From Chrysomallon squamiferum (lineage: Eukaryota > Animalia > Mollusca): a DNA stretch of 64,000 nucleotides. Of the stretch, positions 14,651-28,987 are shown piece by piece; position 1 is the first letter of the stretch, and each line of letters starts with the position of its first letter. The notes beneath the pieces are model-generated. The model ran no database searches, was not told the DNA's origin, and saw nothing but the letters and a program-made list of their open reading frames with translations. The DNA is taken from assembly GCA_012295275.1 (NCBI GenBank), contig CM022665.1:47616001-47680000 (forward strand), read 5' to 3'. A program made the position numbers and the translations under genes.

Positions 14651-16836
14651 AATAATAATTAATAAAGACAAATATTCAAATAAATTAATATAAAAATTTG
14701 AAGATAAATTAAAGGATGACCAAACAAGCACCATATAAAAATAATTTCATTCTTCCCACACAGTCTGTGGAACTGCCGATCAGTTCTGTCTTGAGAGTAT
14801 ATGCCAAAGAGAAAATGACAAATGGAGAAACAAAATGTATTTATTTCAGTGTGCTTTTATAGCTATTTTTCATTTTTATAATGGATGAAGTTCAGTAATG
14901 TATACACAAAAAGCAGTCACATTAAACAATGATTAATGCTGTATATACATACCAACCGAAAAAAAAAAAAAAAATTAAATAATAATAATAATAATAATAA
15001 TGTTCTGGTAACATATTGTGCTTACATGATGGTTTTAGTAGATAAAACGCATATCAGACCAATGTTTCTGTAAACTCATCAAGCATAAAAAATAATTTAA
15101 AAAAAATAAAAAATAAAAAAATAAAAATAAAAACCCTGCTGTTTAACTATTATGAATTAAAGACCACTGTGTTTATTTAGGATCTTGAGTTAGATTACCA
15201 AATTGATGCTGTAACTCATTCCAATAAATGAAAAAGGATTGTTTGGTTAAATTATATTAAGATTCAGATTACTGCACTTATGATGGCTCCAATCAAACTA
15301 AACTCATCATTATCACACTAATGAAGTAAAAACATTCAGTATAAAAGAAAAAAAATCGTAATTTAATCAAGTGTAGTAAATGCAAGTACTAAACTGTGTT
15401 TATGTTGTTTTCGGTTGAGTTAGAATAGATCGTCAGAGAGAGAGAGTTGTTGGGTGAGACATCTGGTTCATATTGATCACAAGAACAGTTGTGTTCAATG
15501 ATAAAAGTGACTGCTGGAAATGATGCAATGTTTTACTCCGAGGAAGTGAATTTCAGAAAAATTTTAAAATCTTGCTTAAGAACTTTACATAAACTTTTAT
15601 GTAAATTTGTTAATAGTGAAATTTAAAATCTTGCTTAAGAAATTTATATAAACTTTTGTGTGATGAGATATATTTGTTAATTGTAAAATTTAATAAAAAA
15701 TACTTTAGATTTTAATTCCTCAGTGAAGAAAATAAAAATGAAAAATAAAACAGAGAGAAATAATGAGTACAGAGATAGAGACTGGAAGAAAAGAAGAATG
15801 AAACTATTAAATTTAAAAAAAAATGAAAGAAAGATGGATACAGAGATAGAGAGACTGGATAGAAAGAGGAATAAAAATATTAAATCAAAAGAATTCTGTG
15901 ATAAATGAAAGTATTGATGGTAAATAATTTACTGTTTCTGTTTGTGAGATTTTTGCAACATGACAATATTGTGCCCTTCCTGTAAGTTCTGAGATTTTAG
16001 TTTATCTCCTGAAGACTCAAACAAACAGCAAATTTCTATTTACTGATCTGCTAATTTTTTTTAAATTAATGACAATAAAGAGAACTGTGAGATTGAAAAA
16101 CAAACATCAATTCTTATTAAGAATAAAGCAACATCACAATAAATACGGTTTTTAGTGTTAGGTAGATGATAGTAAAAGTGAAAGAGATATATGTTTCAGT
16201 GACAGTTAGAAATATAAAAGAAAAATTATCATAATAATTAAAAATGTATATTAATTATTTAACTACAAAATGAGTTAACGGTTATTAAAAATTCCAATAT
16301 AAAAAGGTTTTACAATATTCAACACTGGCAAAGAGATGTATGATTATTTTAAATATGTCAGTTTCAAAATGTGCTTGAATTAATTAAATGATGAAGGCGT
16401 GAATAACTAATAGTGATTATCATTTATCTTTATCACAGCTTTGCTCATTATTAACACTGTAACAGTAAGAAATCCAGAGATTAGCAAATAATAAAATACA
16501 AATAAAACAGCATATTAGAAAATATACTGGTCAAATATATATTTATTATTATTATTATTATATATTTTTTTTTTATTATTATTTTTTTTTTTTTTAAATT
16601 TATTTATCTGTTTATTATTATTATTATTATTATCCTTATTAATTATTATGATACATTTTAAAATGCAATTCATCTGCAATCAACGATGGAATCTTGGTCC
16701 AATATTTTTATGCAGATACAGAAAAATTTCTCTAAATTTAATGAAGGTTTAATGAGATAACTGTCTTTTTTTTTTTTTTTTTTCACTTTTTCTAAAATAT
16801 TTTTTTGACCTTTCATAAGTGCAGAAAGCTAAGAAT

Positions 16837-17520
<684 letters not shown>

Positions 17521-17670
17521 TACGTAGTTAGATATACATGTATATACTGAAATAGAACTTCAACACTGACTGACAACCTCTTCAAATACGGTAACAGGTT
17601 AGCATGGAAAGGGTTAACTCCTGATAGCGGTAAGGTATTGTTGTAACAAGGTTAAAGTAATGATATTTAC

Positions 17671-17771
17671 CTGAGCCTTTCACAATCAGAGTGGGCGTTT
17701 CCAGCTGCACGAAGAAACTCTCTGTCTTTTCATACTCTTCGTCATCGACTATACGTATCCTAATGAACTGT
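17671..17771 (-). CDS. NCX: NCX internal exon (CBD2 segment equivalent to vertebrate NCX exon A/B), 101 nt
   Basis: Minus strand reads aattttcag|A CAG TTC ATT...GGC TCA G|gtaaat, giving (E)QFIRIRIVDDEEYEKTESFFVQLETPTLIVKGS. The phase-2 start completes GA+A (Glu) from the giant exon. It is colinear with NCX1 KTISVKVIDDEEYEKNKTFF and ends in phase 1. Confidence 0.95.
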
Positions 17772-17807
17772 CTGAAAATTTAAAAATAAATAAATTTTAA
17801 AAAAAAC

Positions 17808-18030
17808 CCAGTAAAGACTGTTTTATTTTTTTTTTAAATGTTTAAAAAAATGCTAATCTCTATAAAATAAATTTTTAAAAACTAACAGTAAAGATGGTTT
17901 TATTTTTTTTTAAATGTTTTAAAAAATGCTAATCTCTATAAAATAAATTTTTAAAAACTAACAGTAAAGATTGTTTCATTTTTTTTAAATGTTTTAAAAA
18001 ATGCTAATCTCTATAAAATAAATTTTAAAA
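17808..18030. repeat. ~76-bp tandem repeat x3 next to the exon acceptor
   Basis: CAGTAAAGA...AATGCTAATCTCTATAAAATAAATTTT three times. Confidence 0.9.
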
Positions 18031-18075
18031 ACTTTATTGAAAATTGAAAATCTTTTATCTGGTGTTAAAATACAA

Positions 18076-18119
<44 letters not shown>

Positions 18120-18381
18120 CATGTATATATATATCTTCTTCTTTTGTCTGAGAATGAAACAGCAATTTCAAATGCACCTTCCCATAAACACTAAAACACA
18201 TAGTACAAAGAGGTCAGTAAGTTATACTGAAGAAGCAGAAATAACATTTTTGCATTAACTGAATAATAATTATAATACATTTACTTGTCAAGTATTTGGT
18301 TTTTTTTTTTATTATTATTATTAATGCAAAAATGTGCATTGTTTGCTGCCTTGTTTGTTTATTTGTGAGTTTGTGTGAGTT

Positions 18382-18431
<50 letters not shown>

Positions 18432-19436
18432 TTTGTATATATATGTGTGTCTGTGAGTTTGTATATATGTGTGTGTGTGTGAGTTTGTATATATATGTGT
18501 GTGTGTGAGTTTGTATATATATGTGTGTCTGTGAGTTTGTATATATGTGCGTGTGTGTGTGTGTGTGAGTTTGTTTACAAATCTTTTTAAAATATATTTA
18601 AAAAAACAAAAAAAAACCACTTGTATGTTGTAACAATGAACAACATACCAGTACACAACAATAAAACATAGACATGTGTAACAGTTAAAAATAAAAGTAA
18701 CATAATAAAAAAAACCACAACATAGTTATGTCTAATGATCAAAAACACCAGACTGGCAACACAACAAAAACCCCATACTCATATGTAACAATCTCAAAAA
18801 AATCACATTAACAACGATCACAAACAAACCAGCAAAACAACAAAACAACTGGATGTGACAAAACACATCACAACACTAATTTGTGAAGACCAAAACAGCG
18901 AATTAACCAAGAAAAAAAAAAAAAAAAACAAAATCTCAAAAAGAAAACCTAGATAACATAATATATTATTACAAGCTGGTACATTAAACGCATTCATATA
19001 TATATATATATTAAAAAAAAAAAGTAGTTCAATCACAGTTCCAGCGAATTTTAATCTGATCACACGCAGATGTTTGTGCTTGGTAATTAAATTGGGAGTT
19101 TTTTCCGTGGCACCTATGAAATATTTATAGAGCCGGTGCACTGAAAGATGCGAGATCAAAGCAGGCCTGTTTTATCAGAACATGTTAATACGCTATTAAT
19201 ACGCTGGCACATCCAGTCAGCCAGTGATTAAATTAAACCAGATGATCAAATTCCATTGTCGATGCTGTTTCTGCTGCTGCTGGTGGTGTTGTTGTTGTTG
19301 TTGTTGCCTAATGTATATGAAACATAAAACTTGTACATTTGCTTTTTCCTCGCTTTAATTAATTAATTTATTTTTGTGGGTTTTTTTTTTTTGTTATTTA
19401 TTTATTTATCTCTGTCTGTCTGTTTATATGTCTGTT

Positions 19437-19467
<31 letters not shown>

Positions 19468-19504
19468 TTTTTTTTTTTTTTATTTATTTATATATTTTTT
19501 TTTA

Positions 19505-19538
<34 letters not shown>

Positions 19539-19699
19539 TGTATGTATTTATTTATTTATTTTTATTATTTATTTATTTTATTATTTATTTATTTATCATG
19601 TTTTTAAAGCTATTAGACACATAGTTTATATTCAAATAAATATACTAAAATAATAAAAAAAAGAATAGCCCAGAGTTATATAATATTTATGATAAATTT

Positions 19700-19730
<31 letters not shown>

Positions 19731-20049
19731 TTTATTTATCAAGTTTTTAAAGGCATTAGAAACATAGTTTATAACCAAATAAATACATTTAAATCATAAA
19801 AAAGAAAATCTAAACGGTTGCATAATATTTATGATAAATTTAAAATACAGTTTCAAACTGATTTACACTATTTTTTTTCTTACTTTGTTATGATTAACTT
19901 TTCTCTTATTATTGTACACTTTTGAAAAATATTGTTATCTTCAGATGGAATAACAAACTGACACATTGAATATATATCAAAGGTAAAAAAATTACAATGA
20001 AAATAGCATTATAATTTATTAAACTGCTCAATTCTTTTGAAAAGAAGAT

Positions 20050-20570
20050 TAAAATCACTTTATACTTTAATACCAGATAAATGTCAAATTATTATTAGAT
20101 AAAAACAAATACGATATTATGTTGTCATGTTTTAATATCATTAGTTAAAGATAGCAATCAATATATATATATATTAGACTTTTTCTTTTGAATAAAAAAT
20201 AAAAATAGTTTTACACTTTGATACCAGATAAATTTCAAATTATTATTAGATAAAAACAAATAGATATTATGTTGTCATGTTTTAATGGCATTAGTTAAAG
20301 ATAGCAATCAATATATATATATATATATATTAAACTGCTCTATTCTTTTGAATAAAAAATTATATTCATTTTAGAATTTATTGATAGATAAATTTCAAAT
20401 TATTTTATGATATTATGTTGTCATGTTTTAGTAGCATTAGCTAAAGATAGCAATCAATATAGATAGATATATATATATATATATATTTTAGACTGCTCTA
20501 TTCTTTTGAATAAAATATTAAAATCATTTTATACTTTATTACTAGATAAATTTTCAAATTATTATATAAG
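20050..20570. repeat. ~150-bp tandem repeat x3-4
   Basis: GATATTATGTTGTCATGTTTTA...AAAGATAGCAATCAATAT(AT)n repeated. Confidence 0.85.
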
Positions 20571-20819
20571 GAAAACAAAATACATTATTCTGTAGTAACA
20601 GAATCATAAATTAAATGCAGAATATGAGATGATTTTTTTGTTTTTTTTTTTTTTTTTTTTGTTGAGGTTTTCGGTGTTGTTTTACAGACTATGCATTATG
20701 AGTTAAATATAAACTTAAAGCAGTCTTACTGGTTTCCTATCAGTGATGAATACATTACACCCTGTGACCTCACTGAATTAACACACACAAGCTGGATATA
20801 AAATTAATGTCCTTTTGTA

Positions 20820-22010
20820 CTACAAGATAAACATTATCAGCTGAAAAGTAAATTAAAATTGTGTTACCAAGTAAAGTTTACAAGCTGAAGACAAAATCAG
20901 AGTTGAAAGTTGTATTATGAGATAAGCGTTATAAGCTAAACATAAAATTAATGTTGCATTACAAGATAAGAATTGTATGCTTAACATAAAATTAAAATTG
21001 TGTTATAGGATAAGTATTGTAAGCTGAACCTTAAATTAATGTTGTATTACAGATAAAGTGAACATAAAATTAAATTTATATTACAAGATAAGCATTTTAA
21101 GCTGAACCTAAAATTAATGTTGTATTACAGATAGAGAAACATAAAATTAAATTTATATCACAAGATAAGCATTTTAAGACGAACCTAAAATTCAAGCTGC
21201 ATTATAAGATGGACATCAAATTAGTTTTATTACCAGATAAGTATCGTAACATTAAGGTGAACATGAATTTAATGCTGCATTACAAAGATAAGTATTATAA
21301 CTAATTGGAATGCAAAATTAAAGTATTAGAAGATAAGTATTACATATCTAAAAACTAAATTAAAGTATTAGAAGATAAGTATTATAACTAATTGGAGTGC
21401 AAAATTAAGGTATCAGAAGATAAGTATTACATGACTAAATACAAAATTAAAGTATCAGAAGATAAGTATTACGTGTCTAAATACAAAATTAAAGTATCAG
21501 AAGATAAGTATTACATGACTAAATACAAAATTAAAGTATCAGAAGATAAGTATTACATGACTAAATACAAAATTAAGGTATCAGAAGATAAGTATTACAT
21601 GACTAAATACAAAATTAAGGTATCAGAAGATAAGTATTATAACTAATTGGAGTGCAAAATTAAAGTATCAGAAGATAAGTATTACATGACTAAATACAAA
21701 ATTAAGGTATCAGAAGATAAGTATTACATGACTAAATACAAAATTAAAGTATCAGAAGATAAGTATTACATGACTAAATACAAAATTAAGGTATCAGAAG
21801 ATAAGTATTGCATGACTAAATACAAAATTAAAGTATCAGAAGATAAGTATTGCGTGACTAAATACAAAATTAAAGTATCAGAAGATAAGTATTGCGTGAC
21901 TAAATACAAAATTAAAGTATCAGAAGATAAGTATTGCGTGACTAAATACAAAATTAAAGTATCAGAAGATAAGTATTGCGTGACTAAATACAAAATTAAA
22001 GTATCAGAAG
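20820..22010. repeat. 42-bp minisatellite, degenerate at left and homogeneous from 21300
   Basis: AAATACAAAATTAAAGTATCAGAAGATAAGTATTACATGACT. It produces the repetitive MTKYKIKVSEDKYY ORFs. Confidence 0.95.
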
Positions 22011-22342
22011 TACAAAATTTTACATGATCGACTGCAATTCATTTTCTATTTCTGCAGTTTAAACCCGACTAATGCAAATAAGCTTTTGCTATTTAACCAG
22101 AAAAAGTGTTATCTGACTCCTGAAAACCGAGTCCATTTGTGCCTCTCTCTGCATTTTCAAACGAGCCGTATTGATTGGAAAGCTATCAGATGCGAGCGGC
22201 GACTGAAACACAATCTTAATTAAACTCCAGCGCTCTTTGTCCATCAAGCACTTTGACAGGACAGCGACAGGGCAGATCAAAGACCCCCGCTTTGAATTTC
22301 CAGACAGACGTCCACGGTGCGTCTCACCGCGTCTGGGTGCAC

Positions 22343-22495
22343 TAAGAGACGTTTAGGTGCGTTAAGAGACGTTTAGGTGTGTTAAGAGACGTTTAGGTGC
22401 ATTAAGAGACGTTTAGGTGCGTTAAGAGACATTTAGGTGTGTTAAGAGACGTTTAGGTGCGTTAAGAGACATTTAGGTGCATTAAGAGTCTAGGT
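22343..22495. repeat. 20-bp minisatellite, about 7 copies
   Basis: TAAGAGACGTTTAGGTGCGT. Confidence 0.95.
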
Positions 22496-22639
22496 TACAC
22501 AGCAGTTTTCTGACGATTGCTTGTTTCGAAGTACTGTAAATCTTGTGTTGTAATTTGATAAGTAAAAACAAATCTACCTTGATTATTATTTGCTGCTGCT
22601 GCACTACTAAATGTTGAGTCAGAAAGATGTTGAAGTGTG

Positions 22640-23050
22640 ATGCTGTTAGAAGAAAATGTCTAAACTTTTGTGTTTCTTTGCTGTTAGAAGAAAATGTCTA
22701 AACTTTTGTGTTTCTTTGCTGTTAGAAAAATGTCTAAACTTTTGGATTTCTCTGCTGTTAAAAAAATGTCTAAAATTTTGGATTTCTTTGCTGTTAAAAA
22801 AGTCTAAACTTTTGTGTTTCTTTGCTGTTAGAAGAAAATGTCTGAAACTTTTCAGGGGAAAAATTAAACTTTTGTATTTCTTTGCTGTTGAAAAATGTCT
22901 AAACTTTTGGATTTCTCTGCTGTTAAAAAAATGTCTAAAATTTTGGGATTTCTTTGCTGTTAGAAAAAAGTCTAAACTTTTGTATTTCTTTGCTGTTATA
23001 AAAAAATTCTAAACTTCTGGATTTCTACTGGTGTCAAAAAGTCTAAACTA
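22640..23050. repeat. ~35-bp minisatellite
   Basis: TTTCTTTGCTGTTAGAAAAATGTCTAAACTTTTG. Confidence 0.9.
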
Positions 23051-23339
23051 TAAAGCAAAAAAATGTCAAAATTTTTCTATTTCTTTTTTAGTAAATATTT
23101 TATTTATTCTCAAGGCTTCAAGATATTTAGCACCCATATTTTAGTAAATCAAAGTACATTTAAATTCAAAATTCTGGTTTTTTATGTACCCATAGATCTG
23201 GATGTATATAACTTAAGAAGCACATTTCCAATTGAGTTTGTCTATGAAATTTTGTCTATGCAACACAAAATGAAAACATTAATAAATGTATAAAATATAT
23301 GTCTTATAATACCTCAAAATTTCACTATGGACAGTTTCT

Positions 23340-23590
23340 AGGTGACAGTTCTAAAATGCCAGAACAGAAATCTACTTTCACCATCTTGTGGATTTTTCTT
23401 GTCAGTTAGTAAACAGGCATTTGTTTTTCTTTCTTTTCTTTTTTTATTATTATTTTTTTCTTTTTTCTTTTTTTTCTTTACATATTTAGGGGGAGATATT
23501 AACATCCTTTGATAAACCACTAATGGGACATTGCCTGGAACAGGAAATTGCCTAAAGGATTCACTAAGAGATGATCAAGACTTTGTGACC
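23340..23590 (-). mobile_element. SINE copy, degenerate
   Basis: Minus strand GGTCACAAAGTCTTGATCATCTCTTAGTGAATCC...ATTTCCTGTTCCAGGCAATG...TGGTTTATCAAAGG follows the same head-core order. Confidence 0.5.
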
Positions 23591-24929
23591 TTTTTAAAGC
23601 CAAAAAATTACATAAATTTTCCTGTCCATGTAATGGTGTGTGTATTGATTGCATTGTTCTAAAACAAAATACAAATTTATCATAAATTTTAAAATTTACA
23701 ATGTAATGGTTAATACAATAAATAATAAATGAATTTGTCTGTTTCCTGTTTATAATGTCTGAAACAACGTTTTAACAGTATAAAAAAAAAAAAATTAAAT
23801 TTTAAAAATTAAAAATTTACCATATAATGGTTAATCCAATAAATACATAATACCATTTTCACATTCTTGCTTATAACATCTGAAATGTGGACAATGTTTT
23901 AACAGTATAAAAAAAAAATAAAAAAAATTAAAAAAATTAAAACTTTAACATATAATGGTTAATCCAATAAATACATAAAACCATATTTCACTTTCTTGCT
24001 TATAACATCTGAAATATGGACAACAATGTCCTAACAGCACAAAAAAACAAAACAAAACACACACAAGATGACCAGTGTTTTGTCACTTCATCACTTAAGT
24101 AATCATTCCTCTCCATGATGGTCACGTTAAAACATGCGGCGGAGACAGACACAGCAAAGTCTTTGATAATTAAACCACTTGTGGAATAGCTCGCCTGTAT
24201 ACAGGAAATTAGTCAATGAAGACAGAAGGCCGTGGAAAGGCAGTTAGGGAAGGATCTAAAGAAAAGATAAGCATTTATAAAACTCAATGCCCTGTGGCAT
24301 TGACAGTCTGCATGCTTAGTGTCAGGTCATGTTTAGTTTAGATCGTTTAAACTCCACCACTGCTGCTGCAGCAGTTGCAGTTTGATAAATTAACGAAGAG
24401 CTTGTTGCTTTCTTTTCAGCTCGTTGTTTAATAAGCATTATCAAAATAAATGCCTCTAATTGCATGACAATTATCATTAAGAAATTTAAAACAAAAAATG
24501 ATAACTGTAATTATAAAAAAAATTTTTTTTTTAAAAAATCTTCAATAATAACAATACACAAATTATTAAAGCTTGATCGAAAAACCTTTCATTAGAAAAA
24601 AAACAACAACAAAAATGGTTGAAATAATTATTATCAATATGTCGAGCTGTTTCAGGTCAACATGTTTACTGACAGAGTTAGTAAACAAGAACAAACAAGC
24701 TCTTTGTCACTTGATTAAGCCGAACACCGAAGCCCGGGAGGCTGATTTTCATCAATACGTCACCTCTCAAGACTGGAGGCTTATTAGAAAATGTCACAGA
24801 CTCTGACTCGCGGAGATGGAAACAACAGATGAATGCTGTGGATGCCAGCTCCACGGAGCTGCCACAGAACTACATTACTTTTCACCTCGCACACGTTCAG
24901 CTCTGGTGTAGTTTGTACAGTAGTTTTGA

Positions 24930-25620
24930 CTGCTACATTTCCTGTTCAAACCTGTATCTCCTATGACTGGTTTTAAATGTTTTCCCATTCTAACTGATGG
25001 TAGATACAAAACAAAAAATACATATTGTGCTGCTGCTAATTGGTACAACACCACTGTAACCTAACTCCTGAATATCCCACTGATACATTTCCTGTTCCAA
25101 CCTGTATCTCCTGTGACTGGTTATAAATGTTTTCCCATCTATTTCACAATACATTCAAAAGAAATACTGTGCTGCTAATAGGTACTCTATGTGCCTCATG
25201 GAAGAGGTATCAGCAAACTGGTACCACAACACTGTAACCTAACTCCTGAAGATTCCACTGATACATTTCCTGTTCCAACCCATATCTCCTATGACTGGTT
25301 ATAAATGATTTCCCATCTATTTCACAATACATAAGAAAAGAAATACTGAGTTACTGATAGGTACTACAAATGCATTTTTAAAGAGGTATGAACAAACTGG
25401 GAGGTACCACAACACTGAACCCTAACTCCTGGAGTTCTCCACTGGTACATATCCTGTTCCAACCTATATCTCCTATGACTGGTTATAAATGTTTTCCTAT
25501 CTATTTCAGAGTATATACAAAAGTTATACTGTGTTACTGATAGGTACTGTATATGCACCTTTAAAGAGGTATGAACAAACTGGGAAGGTACAACACCACA
25601 CTGATCCCTAACTTCTGTTT
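24930..25620. repeat. ~180-bp tandem repeat x4
   Basis: TACATTTCCTGTTCCAACC...GACTGGTTATAAATG...AACACTGTAACCTAACTCCTG. Confidence 0.9.
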
Positions 25621-26126
25621 AACAGACTGATACTAACACAGTCTTGAACAAACAATCCACAAAACCTGGATTATGTTTCAAAGACAGGCAAGCTTCAAAC
25701 TTTGGTCGATACATTTCAAATTATAAACAGATAAACAAATAATGGCTTCCTTTGAAAACTATCTCTCTCTCGGAATTGCATCCAATGGCCAATGAAAGAA
25801 AATGAATCAGTAAAACTCTTAAAGTTAAAGGTACAATTAAACAAAATACATGAACTTTTGAATTCTTCTGCCCAGATTTCCATATTCAAGCCACTGACCA
25901 GATGAAGAAAATTTGTTTTGCTTTGTCTAAAATTTGTTTATTTTGCTGATTACTGAATCCAAACAACCAGCAGACCATAGATTATAGGAATATTGAAAAA
26001 ATGATATTGAAGGAAACCAGTTGTTTGCTGTTGGCGCCAACTGTTTAAGCTTCAACACACAGCAGTCAGTCTCAGTAAAGGAACAATTACAAAGTAACTC
26101 TTCCAGGCCAAAAATTATGAATAATA

Positions 26127-26420
26127 TTAAATGTCTTAATATAAATTTGTACCAGTTATTAGAAAACTCATTTTTGAATACTTCTTAAATGTCTTAACAT
26201 AAATTTGTTAAGACTAGTTATTAGAAAACTCATTTTTGAATACTTTTTAAATGTCTTAACATAAATTTGTTAAGACTAGTTATTAGAAAACTCATTTTTG
26301 AATACTTTTAAATGTCTTAACATAAATTTGTTAAGACTAGTTATTAGAAAATTCATTCTTGAATACTCTGTAATGTCTTAACATAAACTTGTTAAGACCA
26401 GTTACTAGAATAATCATTCT
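26127..26420. repeat. 61-62-bp tandem repeat x5 with an internal hairpin
   Basis: GTCTTAACA-TAAATT-TGTTAAGAC at 26191, 26253, 26314 and 26375. Confidence 0.92.
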
Positions 26421-27065
26421 TGATGTTCTTGTCCTACTATAAAAATCCAGATTGAATAATGCTATAATGACAGTTAAAAAGGATCACAAACGAATGAAAC
26501 AAATGTAAATAATCATATTCCCTTGGATACTCTTGCATAACCGTTAGACATAATCAGCCCTACATAACACTAATTGCAAGGTTTTTAATCTGGTGGTTCG
26601 TTAATCGCCATTCATCACGTTTATAATGTCTTAAATTATGTCAGAGAGTTGAATTGGATTACTGCTCGCCGTGGGACATTTCAGAGGGCGAAACAAAAGG
26701 AATTCAATACGTCTGACATCCAGTGAATCTGCGTCCTAAAATATTAATTGGTGAATCTTGCGGCTTGCAACGTGAACTGTGATTATCCTGTTTGTAAAAC
26801 TGTTTAATGTGATTTGAGAATCATCTCCATTGTGTTGCTGTGTGGGTGTTTTGTGGTTTTTGTTGGACATCGTTATTAGTATTAAAGTCCCATTGGAAAA
26901 ATTTCTGAAAATGTTCTGTCAAGATAGTGGGATTTCTAATTTATTTATTTGTTTGTTTGTTTGTTTGTTTGTTTGTTTGTTTATTTTATTTGTTTATTTT
27001 ATTTATTTATTTTTATTTATTTTATTTATTTATTTTTTTTTATTTATTTATTTTTATTTTATTTT

Positions 27066-27108
<43 letters not shown>

Positions 27109-28842
27109 TTTTTTTATTTATTTATTTATTTTAATATTTTTTTTAGATATTTGATTATTAAAACAGTTATGTTTTAATGCAGAGCTGAGATTTCAAGCAA
27201 ACAAATGCGTCACTTTTCATCTCAATAACATTTTGAAATGTTCTGTTTTAAACTAATGATAATTACATATGTCTTCTTTACAAGATTTTTCTAAAAGCTA
27301 CTTCCTTTTCTCAAAAAGGCTGTAACTGAAACAGTTTTGTTTGGGGTTCCTTTAAAGCTGGAATTTTTTTGTGTACTTTATTTTTTACATTTTGTCTTTA
27401 CATTGGTAAGTTCTTTTATTTCCAACTGTTAAATAATAACCCATTAAAATTAAAATTTTAAAAATTAGAATTAAAAAAGTGTGGGTGATTTTTCTTCTTT
27501 TTTTTTCCAGTGTCATTCCAAATTTTGTCAGAAAATAAATATATATAAAAAAAAATTAAATAAAAAAATAATAAAACAAGAAAGAAAGAAAAGAAAGAGC
27601 AGTAAATATGCCACATAATTTCAACACTAGATGTTTTGTATTGATGTGCATGTTAAAACATTTACACATCACAAACTTTTATACACAATTTCGCTTTATA
27701 TGCATTTTTTAATACAGGTTTTATTAGCCAAAACTTTGGCAATATCTATCGAGCTTTCACTCAATAAATACAAATGAACGAATGAACAGATATTGATATT
27801 TTCCATACATACAAAACCCCTAATGCAATCAAGTCAGCCCAACACATTACTGTCTGGTTTTGTTTCATTTTTTCTTATTTCACATAAACAAAATATTAAC
27901 AGTTATAAATGATCAATGGAGAGAAGTGGGACTGATACATCAATACATTTATCTATTAATCTTTCATAAAATCTTTTTTTATAAACTACTTCCCATCCAG
28001 GCACTTTAATTAACAAATTCAATCACAAATTATTATTATTATTTTTTTTTTAATAAAAACATTTATAAATGTAAACAAAAATCACACAGCAGAGCTTCTT
28101 TACAACTTGAAGATTCAATAACTGTCTGTGAGAGAAAGATTAGAAAGAAAAAGACAAAAAGGACTCGGCTCTCAATGAGAATAACAACTCTGAACAGAAC
28201 TAAGAATGATTACGCTGAATTTGTCAGTCACACAGAGATCAATATTTAATATCAACTGTGCAAATTCTTAATCCACTTCTAAAGGGCTATGTAGCAGAAG
28301 CCATTACCAATAATTCCATCATGAGAGAGAGAAAAAAAAAAAAAAAAAACAAACACATATTTCTTGTAATTTTTCAACCCTTTAATGGGTATAGATTGGT
28401 CACACCAAGTGACTTTCTGTTAAAAAAAAAGAAAAATCTGATTGTGGAAAAGAAAAAGAAAGAAAGAAAGAAAGAAAAGCTTGACTGTCAAAAACTGAAT
28501 GTGTGTATGTAACTGATGTATGATGTTTGATGTATGTCACACATGCTTGAACAGTTGTTTTATGATAGCCTGTCTATATTACACTGGTCATACAACTAAC
28601 GACAACAACAACAACAACAACTGATGTTTCTTATTTCAAACATGCTTGAACAGTTGTCTTATGATAGCATATCTGCATTACACTGGTCATACAACCAAGT
28701 AATAATAACAACAACATCAACAGTTTAAGTTTCTCATGACAGACATGCTTGAATAGCTGTTTTATGGTACAGCATATCTGTATTACCACTTCAACACAGT
28801 AACAACAACAGCAACATAACACAATAATAATTAATAATAACA

Positions 28843-28987
<145 letters not shown>

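Noticed and set aside
21392-22027. Repetitive KYKIKVSED ORFs
   Set aside because: A 42-bp unit that happens to lack stops in one frame, antisense to the gene.
22343-22495. TTAGG within the 20-bp repeat as interstitial telomere
   Set aside because: One pentamer per unit, not a tandem telomeric array.
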